This document shows, piece by piece, positions 55,401 to 64,000 of a stretch of DNA of 64,000 nucleotides. The translations under genes and the position numbers were made by a program. The DNA comes from Lytechinus pictus (Eukaryota): contig NC_087251.1 in the NCBI RefSeq assembly GCF_037042905.1, forward strand, positions 2,916,001 through 2,980,000, written 5' to 3'. The stretch's first letter is position 1, and each line of letters starts with the position of its first letter. The notes beneath the pieces were generated by a model. The model worked only from the letters and a program-made list of their open reading frames with translations. It had not been told where the DNA came from and did not search any database.

Positions 55401-58400
55401 GATACACCTCTAAAAAAATAGTGAAAAAAAAATAACGAGAAAGAAAGCAGAAAAGGGGCTATGCCATAGATCTGGCTCGAAACGTCATTGTGAGACATTG
55501 CATTGCAGGACAGGTGTCTTCTTGAGTGATCCTCTTTATTTAACTTGCTATAAATATTTAACTTTTATGATTGTGGGCATCAACCGGAAGATCGACAACA
55601 CATGCCATAGCATACTTGGCCATGAAGTTTAACTGAGAGTTTCATGAAGCACTATACCACTCAGATTGTGGTACTTTATATATCAGCAACATTATGACAA
55701 GATTACTAATATTCATTGAACCGTTAACAGTTGGGATTCATCTATTCAGTATCAAGATTGATTAACTTGAAGTTAGAATGGTATAGAGGGCTTGTTTGAC
55801 AACAAAACAAGAGAAGAATTTCATTGTGTGGTAAGCTCACAATAGAGGGAGCCCCATTGATTGATTCATAGGAAGTTTTGACAACACAGTTGATTGCACA
55901 TAGTGTATAGAGCTGGAACTGGCAGATAGCTTACTGTGAACTAAACCCAGGGCTTTAGATTATGACTATACACTGGGTAATTGGAAGGATCTGGTCACAT
56001 GTTCATTGGCAGCCAGTCATCTGGCGTAGATAAGGTTGAGTGGGTAGGCTTGGCTTGGCGGGGTTTAACTCGCTTGGATTGTGTACATGTGTGCTGAGCT
56101 CACTGTAATTTGGGTACAGTGGAGTTCCAACGTCTGGGCTGGCTGTCGTGTGTCAAGGGTGTGGTGTTAGTCAAAGAAAGTAAAGGCAGAGTTTGGAAAA
56201 AGGAGAAAAGTCTTGGAATAAGATCTTTGGAGGGAACTTTGCAAGTTTGTGAGTTAGACTTAGAAATCTATTTCAGCTTGATTACCGTTGGAAGTAATTA
56301 GTTGGAAGTGAAGTTTGTCAGGATAGAGCATAAGTTAGGAAGTCACTCTGGAACATTATAGAGCACAACCACTGACGGAGTGTGAAGCATTGGTCTGTTG
56401 TTGTATTGATCTCATTGGAATCAGATTTTCTGAGTGAAACAACTGATTGCAATCATGAGTAGTCGTCCATCGAGTGCCCGTCCAAACAGCGCTAGCCCCA
56501 GGCGTCCTAACACCCCTGGTCGGCCATCAAGTGCTCGACCTGGAACCGGACGACCACGCACTAGCCCACGAGGGGGCTCAGCAAGTGGAAAGAGGCAAGT
56601 TCTTTTCCAAGATGGATATTCTATTTGTGATATAAAAGAAGTTTTTGCCAACATTATTTTATCAAGCAGTATGCTAGAAATTAGAAATGAGTAAACCGTT
56701 TTGTGTGGCTCGGATGGTAATAGGGGCATGCATGCTCCAACTGTAAGGTGTAAGAATGTTTAGTTTAGGGTGCTGAAGAGTGCACTATTGTACCGCTTGG
56801 TTTTTAAGTAGAGTTGAGGGTCATTATTCATGTGAGGAGTTCACAGGTTGCCATTGATATCAGCTGAGGTAGGTAAAGGATGGTCGGTAGTCCATATTGC
56901 CATGCATTCCATAATGTCAACATTGTGGGTCAGTTGCGGTACATTGTCCCCTTTACTCTTTAGGCTTTATCCCTATTCATACTGTACTTTTGGTAGAACT
57001 ATTCTCCTGAAATATAATTACAAGTAGCCTATATAAATTCAACTTGGGGGAAAAAGTCTATACTCTAGAAATTGCTCTCAACCAAAAAAAAAAGGGAAAA
57101 AAAAGTTATTTCAGCTCAGAAAATTGTTCACACCCATTATTTTATACTGACTTTTCTAACAGGGATTTAAAATAACCACGAAATAAAGTGAGTCAGTATG
57201 GTGTGTGCTGTGTGTCATGAGCACTTGTTAAAATGAACAAAGTATTATATCAGACTATGATACATGCAAAATGTGTGAATATCTGACTATGTTCAAACTT
57301 TGAATTACAAAATGGCATTTGAATGAGAATAGTTATACCAAGAGGTCTGTATCCAAGCTTTGCATGGTGTACCATGTGGTACATTTGTTGAGTACACGCT
57401 CTTGATCCGATGACACACACAGTGCAGGTTCATCAAGGAGAAGTGCCTCCCTGACGAATCTATCACCTAGGGACAGAAGAGGATCCTCTGGTTCTACCTC
57501 TGGAGGGTAAGTAAAGATGTGTTTCATCAACAGGCCAGGAAGGATCATGACCAGGGAGGTTCATGTATTTATGTTTATTAAAATATTCATTATGATTTAA
57601 TTAATTTCATATAAATTTTTTAAAAGTGTAGTTAATGATTATTATCATAGCATTAAATATGTTTTATCCAGTTGTTTTTACATGTAAGTACATATAGGCC
57701 TACTTTCATTCTGAAGTTGTGATTCTATTTTACCTATGAAAATGAAAAAAAAAAGAAATAATGGATAAGTTATTTATTGTCAAAGTTGTGCAGTTTGTTA
57801 TTTGTCAGATTTAGAATTCACTATAATTATGTTGAACTTCACAGTGTGCAGTATATTTGTTATTCTATGCATTGCACATTGCAATGCAACATTTGCAAAT
57901 TTCTAATTGGACAGTAAAATGATAAAATGATAGTAATTGTGTTCAGTTTTTGTATAGCAAAAATTTTTACTATTATTATTTATTCCACCAATATAAATAA
58001 GTATATACACATTACATTAAAAAAAAACAATTAGAGTATACGAACATGCAAAGAAATTAATTACAATAGTTTTTCAGTGTTGCAGTATGATGTAACATTT
58101 TTGTGACTTGTTTATCTATAAATATAGGTCAAATGGATAACAATTATAGAAGTACTTCCATTCAAGAATGGTCTGTACATAAATCTGTACAATAATGATG
58201 ATTAATGTACCTGTATTATACAAACAGGATCTGATAAAGGATTATATTTATTTCGGAGAGACCAAGAAAAAAAGTTATCAAAACGTTTGGAAATTTCCTC
58301 ACTAAATAATTTCCAAGGCTGTAACAGAATTACAGAAGGATCCAAACATGTTTATTCATGAAGTAATGCATTCATAATTTGTCTGTCAAAGCAATAAGTG

Positions 58401-61400
58401 TCAATGAATGAATTGAACATGAAGAAGAGTACCTCGTCAACCAAAAGGTAGCTCTGCTCATCAATTTCCTGATCAAGGGACGTTAGCCAGGAAGAGGAAA
58501 GGAGCCAAACCTTCCGGCTCATATTACTCTACAAAACCTTTATTCATTGCAGACGCTCTAGGCAGTGGAGTGTACTTTCATTAGTTTCATAGTTAACCCG
58601 ACAACAGATGTCGACTTCAATGTTGTATGAAGACAACAAGTAGAACATTATTAATATCCTAGTCTCGAAATAGCATTGATCTTTCTTTTCAAGTGTTCAG
58701 TTTAGACATGTTTGCATGAAAAATATATCAAAGCCCTTTTCATTACCTTCTCAAGGTAATTATAAATGAGCACAAAGAAAATTAATAGCATTATAAAGTA
58801 ATATCTAAATGTTTCATTAAATTCTGATGGTAGTTACGTTTAAGTTTATGACATTGGCTTTTTCTATTGATTTATGTTTTTACTTATATTCATCACCGTT
58901 TTTTAAATGTTCAAATTTTTTATTTATTTGTCATTTAAGAACTCACAATATTTATGCCCGGGAGGGGGGAGGGGAGCGGGGGAGGGGAGCAGTTGAGTGG
59001 ATACCAGGGGAAAGCACCCTGAACAATTATTTTCCATATTCTGAAAATGCACCCCTTAACAAGTATTGGCATGTGAAACCCAACCCTCAACAAGATGAAG
59101 TATTGGAAACGAAATGGTACCCTTGACAATAAGTACAACAATATTCTAACTGTTATGTCACGGACATGATCATGGACGTCGGCTTTACCTTTACTTACAT
59201 TGGGTTACACCTTGCTCAAATCGGACCCTAAATATGTAGTGTTGGGGCTTGGTTGGGCAAAAAGTACATCCTATACTCATTTTAGTCTGTTTTATATCCT
59301 TGCAAATTTGACCGTAAACACATAACTTTCCAAGCAAAATATATACCCTTTTTCATTATTTTAGTGTTTTTTACACCTTTATTATGTGTCCAATCTTGAA
59401 AAAGAGATCCTTTTTATGGGTTTCTTTGGACAGGCCTGGTATCCACTCGTCATTTGAAGTAGCCCCTCCCCCAGGTGTTTATGCAGAATGATGAGTTCTG
59501 TAGATCAGCTGTGACTTGTTTACAACCTCCTCTGTGTTTCTGATGCATAATTTAAAGAGCCAAAGCTTTAAAAGGACATTATCGATTGATGTACTTTTTG
59601 TACACAAAATGACCCTGGGATACCTGAAAATCAATAATGAAGGGGGCCGAGCTGCAGACTCTCACAATAGATTCACCCCGTTGGTAGGTGACGTTCTCTG
59701 CAGACCCTCCTACAACCCCTGGGGTCTTCTATGCCTGGATGATGGCTGTAATATGCTTGAAAATATTTCTTGCATGAATAAGTAGTACCGCCATGCCTTG
59801 TCAAGGGAAGTGTGTTAGTACATGTAAAACAATTATAGTTTTGCATCTTACATTTAGGTCTTTACAGTTCCATACTATTATTTTTATCGTTTTATGCATT
59901 TATCTGATTTTTCCAGTTGAAGTATTAGTAACTTGATTGCAAAAATATAATGTGCAAAACCTTGAAACAATTTCATAAATACTTTTTTTATATCAATTTA
60001 TATTCTGTACGGGTACTCCGGCATGATCAGTTTTCAAACAACATGCAAGAGCTGTGGTTTTGTAGGTGAAAATAAACCTTGTCTAAAAAGAACCAGCTAA
60101 AGAAAAAAAATCCCATCTGCCCAATAGTTAAAAATACTAGATCCAGCTTTGAACTTTTTTTTTCCCTGACCATACTGTAGGAGCTATGTATTTGACCTTT
60201 AATTTGCGTTCTTAAAATCAAGGATTTTAAACAAATCCAGATTGGCTGTGGATATACTGGATAGTGACCAGCAGAAAGTTGGATTTATTTTAAATATTTA
60301 GAATTAACTTTAAAATTTTCAAAAGATTTAGATTCAAATCTCTTAGATTTATATTTAAATCTACAAGGTGTAAAACTTAATCTAAAATTTGGCTGGTCAT
60401 TATTCACAGCCAATCTGGATTTATTTTAATCCTTGATTTGTAAGAGTGTTAGTTGACAGTCAATCAATAATTTTAGTCTGTAATTTGTGAGGTACATGTA
60501 TATAATCAAGTTGATTATTTTGCAATAAAACCATTCAGAATAGATATTATATCAATGCCTTTTTTGGTTCTATGACATTTGCTTGGGAGACAATTGCTTC
60601 GATGGAAAATATGCACATTAAGCCAAACATAAAACCTATTAAACCGGCAAAACTAAATGAAGCCTAATCTTCTATATCTTTACATTATTCAGAAACAAAA
60701 AACCTATCCATGACCATATGCCCTCTAAGATACATGTACATGTAGTAAGACCGGAGGAAATGTCGGAGGAGCAAATGTCATGTCGCCCCCTTTTCATCTG
60801 TGAAATACATCTAAAATGTTTTATATTCACCCCATTGGAGTTAATAGAATGAAAGTCAAATAGTAAAATCTTCTCTCACCACGTGGAGATGCCACTCCCA
60901 CCAAAAATGCTTAAAACACATAATCGGAGGATATTGAAGGCAATGTCAATAATCCCACACGTTAGGATCAAAGTGCATATTTTACCATAGCAAAGTATAT
61001 AAGTTTTCTTTGTATATAGCATTTTATTCCAGACATCAAAGAGTTGCCCGTGGGTGTAAGTTGTACAATCCGGAAAGAATTGTATTTACTCAGTTTTGGA
61101 CTTTGTAGTTTTCAAATGTTATCAAAATAATGTCTTTTCTTAAGCTCTGATCTATTGATTTCAGCCCAATCTCATTATTTTCTTGAATATGGGTGAGCAT
61201 TTTAGGTTTCCTCTTTTTATTATTCAAAAGTAAGAGAGAAAAAAATCTGTACCTACTTACATTACTTTGCTTTGTAGTTTGTACTACTTAAAGTGATGCA
61301 ATTTATGTCATAAATCAAAACTGAAAATATCCTGTGGGTTGTTTACAAAAGAGAAGGAAACAAATTTTTTTAGAGATGAATTTGCAGTTTAAATAAGCCT

Positions 61401-63058
61401 GTACTACCTGTAAGCCTAACCGCATGTGTACATTTCCCAGTCGTAGTTGAGCGAATCAATACAGTATTTGAGTTGACTTATTGTGCATTGTGTTGTATTT
61501 CAATAATTTCCTAATTCTTGTCTCACCCAAGGATTGAGAAACTTTGAAGACTTGGGCATAAGGTCCAAAATACTTCTTGTACTATTATCAATTCTCATTC
61601 TTGATCTCAAACCATATTGATACAGGATTTTCACCATCTCTATTGGCACGGTTTTCAGTTGACATTTACAACAATCAGGTGCCAAGCATACCAATTTATT
61701 ATTTGCATTCCCACCACCAACTTTTGAGATTCACAAATACTTGATGAATGAGATATTTGTCATTTACAGTCAACCAATGATGTGGAAACTAATGATCATT
61801 TGATTTGTCCATGGGCAATAAAATATCAATAAAAATTATTTAAGTAATTATTAATGCGGTTCAAACGCGATATGATTTTGAGATGATGGAAATGACATAC
61901 TAGTAGACTAGCAGTATAAACGTGACTGGAATATGAAAGTTATAGGCCTGTATGTAAATATGATTTATTATTTCTATTTTCTTTCTATTTCTATATCCAT
62001 GTTTAGATTCCAAAAGGAGCCGCAGCATAATGCTGGTGAGTTTTTTTTTTATTCAAAGATCTGCCATTTATCATATATTGATTGTTAAGTTTTGAATGTA
62101 TAGATCTCCTGTAGTTTTGATGAAAATAACCATGTTTTTTCAGGAATACAATGTTTTCAGTTTTGTTGATGCGGACAAGTAGAAGTTATCTATTACCATG
62201 CCCTACGTATTACTTGATTTCAACCATAGACATAAATTTATATGCAAACAAAAAGAGAAAATGATTTAATTCCAAATACAGTGCATGTGCTAATCCTGTC
62301 AAAGCTTTTTAGTCATTAATGAAATGAATGGAAAATGAAAAAAAAAATATGAGTGCTCCTGTAGTTTGGCTAAATTGCAAGTAGAGTCTCAGAAGATCTC
62401 TTCCATTTGAACAGACAATTTTGAGGGACTTTCATTTTATAATTTGTCATTTTGAAATTTGAATGGTAAACACATCAACTCTATTGTTTTATTTTGTTGA
62501 TATTCATTAACTCAGAAAAGAAAGTTGCACCATTTAGTGTTCTGATGGGCACTTCATTTTAGTAAATTTGCAAGAAAAAAGTTATCTGGTATTACATGTA
62601 CATGTAGGTTGAGATTATTAAAAGATCAATAGTGCAGTTTGAAAGTTGAATGGTTTCAAACGGCTTTAATGTTGCTGGTAGATGGATACACTCTAAGACA
62701 AAGTAGTGCTAATTAAATGTTTAGAATATCCTATGCATGCATCAACTCACCCTTTCTGTAGTTGATATATGTATTGAAACTTAATGTTCCCATTCCAGAT
62801 ATATATTTATATGCATTGTATCAGTGATGACCCTTTTCATATATATATGTACATGTATAATTTCCTTGGTAAATGCTACCTCCCCTCCTGCTTGTGATGT
62901 TCCCACAAGTGTTAGTGTATTTGTCTGTAGAATAAATTGAGTAAATGTATTGCCCTGTATGTATTATTGTACATGTTTGTCTATATGTCTAACCTGACAT
63001 TAAAATTTGCTTTGCTGTACCCTGCTTGCTATAGCGTCCCATTCTACATATAACCAGG
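31421..63058 (+). CDS. EML: EML / echinoderm microtubule-associated protein (EMAP) gene, 5' portion; HELP/WD40 exons lie beyond the window
   Basis: Coiled-coil exon DRVGALERTVRDQLDEITCLKTALADVVRRL matches the EML1-4 trimerisation domain; basic Ser/Arg linker exons follow; KEPQHNA resembles the segment before the HELP motif; phases are consistent. Confidence 0.85.
31914..32417. mobile_element. MITE with CCGGG(G)n ends, ~9-bp TSD (MULE-like)
   Basis: Inverted ends GGGGTACTC...GTATGTGCCG / CGGCACATAC...GAGTGCCCC; flanks TGATCACAG / GGATCACAG. Confidence 0.75.
33230..33760 (+). mobile_element. Decayed CR1/L2-group LINE 3' end
   Basis: GPKLW remnant, stem-like TACAAGC...TCCTCC segment, AT-rich tail ending AATAAA. 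Confidence 0.4.
37037..38104. repeat. 48-bp minisatellite, 22 copies
   Basis: Unit AAGGAGTGACCATGAATTAGAGAAAGAGAGGTGAATAGATCAGCCAAT, nearly invariant. Confidence 0.97.
40296..40347. repeat. (TGAG/TGAA)n microsatellite
   Basis: Read directly from the sequence. Confidence 0.8.
41580..41790 (+). CDS. EML: EML candidate alternative first coding exon 1b (MTSLIRTANN...KYSSGL)
   Basis: 70-codon ORF ending at G|gtaatt in phase 1, compatible with exon 44562. Confidence 0.55.
42690..43283. mobile_element. Kolobok/T2-type MITE (family B)
   Basis: TTAA|AGGGGAATCC...GGACTCCCCT|TTAA; inverted subterminal arms. Confidence 0.85.
44562..44738 (+). CDS. EML: EML trimerisation coiled-coil exon
   Basis: atacag/gtaagt ends; heptad sequence similar to EML4 DRLSALESRVQQQEDEITVLKAALADVLRRL. 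Confidence 0.92.
44981..45145. mobile_element. Short MITE, copy of the 25502 family
   Basis: CAGGGGC...AAAACCGTTCGCGGCCCCTG; shared TGTAC.AAAACGTAAAAA core. Confidence 0.65.
46045..46248. mobile_element. MITE, ACATTTGCTCC family (no nested insert)
   Basis: CATGACATTTGCTCCGGCGACAATT start, CCCTAACCCT internal, degenerate inverted end. Confidence 0.6.
47504..48056. mobile_element. Kolobok/T2-type MITE (family A, copy 3)
   Basis: AGGACAAGTCCACC...GGTGGACTTGACCT|TTAA. Confidence 0.8.
48618..48653 (+). CDS. EML: EML 36-nt exon (ASTTKQPASQSS)
   Basis: T-rich tract + aag acceptor, A|gtaaga donor, symmetric phase 1-1, open. Confidence 0.6.
50979..51017 (+). CDS. EML: EML 39-nt exon (RMPQGPFKVRDVP)
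   Basis: catctag acceptor, CAG|gtgagt donor, symmetric phase 1-1. Confidence 0.6.
52809..52983 (+). CDS. EML: EML basic/Pro-rich linker exon
   Basis: gaag/gtaagt ends, phase 1 to 2; LFNSSPLPSRPP...RLKRWGS. Confidence 0.75.
53958..54170 (-). mobile_element. Old LINE ORF2 remnant
   Basis: KIAKVTP motif typical of the CR1/L2 RT N-terminal region, degraded. Confidence 0.4.
56455..56594 (+). CDS. EML: EML candidate internal alternative first exon 1c (MSSRPSSARPNSASPRR...)
   Basis: ATCATGA start, GC-rich Ser/Arg/Pro coding, AG|gcaagt GC-type donor in phase 2 matching exons 57423 and 62007. Confidence 0.65.
57423..57506 (+). CDS. EML: EML Ser/Arg-rich linker exon (AGSSRRSASLTNLSPRDRRGSSGSTSG)
   Basis: cacag acceptor, GG|gtaagt donor, phase 2-2. 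Confidence 0.72.
58958..59475. mobile_element. MITE with CCGGG/CCAGG ends, 9-bp TSD (MULE-like)
   Basis: Flanks TATTTATGC / TGTTTATGC; inverted GAGTGGATACCAGG / CCTGGTATCCACTC. Confidence 0.75.
60207..60449. mobile_element. Palindromic MITE
   Basis: Arms ATCAAGGATT...AAATCCAGATTGGCTGTG / CACAGCCAATCTGGATTT...AATCCTTGAT. Confidence 0.7.
60572..60782. mobile_element. MITE, ACATTTGCTCC family
   Basis: ATGACATTTGCT ... GAGCAAATGTCATG inverted ends. Confidence 0.6.
62007..62035 (+). CDS. EML: EML 29-nt exon (FQKEPQHNA) preceding the HELP region
   Basis: Long pyrimidine tract, tttag/gtgagt ends, phase 2 to 1; resembles EML1 KEPVFSAEEG. Confidence 0.8.
63035..63058 (+). CDS. EML: EML candidate 24-nt microexon (ASHSTYNQ)
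   Basis: ctaac branch-point-like site, pyrimidine tract, ctatag acceptor, G|gtaagt donor, symmetric phase 1-1. Confidence 0.55.
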
Positions 63059-64000
63059 GTAAGTGCAGGAAAATGAACCAAGTCTGCACGATGCATGTGA
63101 CAAGTATCTAGCATGTTTAGAGCAAGAAATATAAGTTGTCAAATATCAATACTAATACATGATTTCCCATTACCGAGGTGCACTGTATATGAATTCATAC
63201 ACTGGCAGACCCAAGGGGGGGGGGGGCAAAGCCGGCCCGTGCCCCCCCCCCCTTTCAGAAATATGCAGGCAGCTGTAAATTTTTGAAGCAACTTAGAAAT
63301 ACACAGTTTGAATATATGAAGTTCATTTAAAACACAGATACATGTAAGTTTCATAAGTAGTAGTTTTGATTTTCGAAATTTGTATTGGTTGAAAAAGAAG
63401 TTTGAGAAGCTTTGCATTTTGTATTACAGTTAATTTTGTCACACCTCATGTTTTACTACAAATTACACTGAGAAAATTGAGACATGTTTGCCAAATAATT
63501 GTATTTTTATGCGACGGAACGATTGACTTTCAGACTACTGGCATGTATTTCACAAGATTCAAAGCATCTGTTCCAAGGCAACAAATATTAATGAGCATGT
63601 TTTCATCAACCTGTCATCCATGAAGTTTCTGTAGTTTGTGCATTATTTATAACATCTTGGAAGACTGAATACAACCCCCAGAGCATTCATAATTCATTTT
63701 ACGTTTTATATGATTTGCATTAATAGTCTTCATAAAGGTAGAGTTAAGATATCCATGAAGCTGTATAGGATTTAATTTGGTATTTTCCCTTCCATTCACA
63801 ACTCGCACATTATTGTATTTTACCCCATCTGTTTGTGATGAGTATTGCTGACAATAATTCATTTCACCATTAGAGATACCTTAGACTTTAGAAACAGAGA
63901 GGTATACTAATCATCTTGGATATGAGACACAGAGACCATCCTGAATGAAAGAAGGTTCATATTTTTGTCAGTGATGGTCATTTCATGCTTGATGAGCAGG

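Noticed and set aside
58404..58450. Possible short exon MNELNMKKSTSSTK with AG|gtagct
   Set aside because: Phase-compatible but the donor is weak and there is no other support.
59516..59785. Possible extra EML first exon (MTLGYLKINNEGG...)
   Set aside because: Only a weak donor (AA|gtagta) and no EML-like composition.

Overview
Eukaryotic, AT-rich, intron-rich animal genomic DNA. It is most likely an echinoderm such as a sea urchin; this is inferred from the EMAP-type gene and the repeat types, not proven. Two spliced protein-coding genes on the + strand can be rebuilt from splice sites and reading-frame phase. (1) A RIN-family Rab5 GEF (RIN1/2/3, Drosophila Sprint-like; SH2, Pro-rich, RH, VPS9, RA): 14 phase-consistent exons from 2916 to the stop at 17353 give 1022 codons; the start codon is unresolved. 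(2) The 5' part of an EML/EMAP microtubule-associated protein gene, from 31421 past the window end, with three candidate alternative first exons, the trimerisation coiled-coil exon and several short in-frame cassette exons. Introns and the intergenic region are dense with non-autonomous DNA transposons (Kolobok/T2, hAT, CACTA/EnSpm, PIF/Harbinger and MULE-like, several nested with intact TSDs), L2/CR1-group LINE fragments and a 22 x 48-bp minisatellite. The most unusual items are: a 63-bp tandem repeat that copies a RIN exon end with its 5' splice site in frame and is split by a LINE; the EML promoter and microexon architecture, including a GC-AG first exon that drops the coiled coil; and a three-level transposon nest. 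No prokaryote-type system, RNA gene or intact transposase was found.
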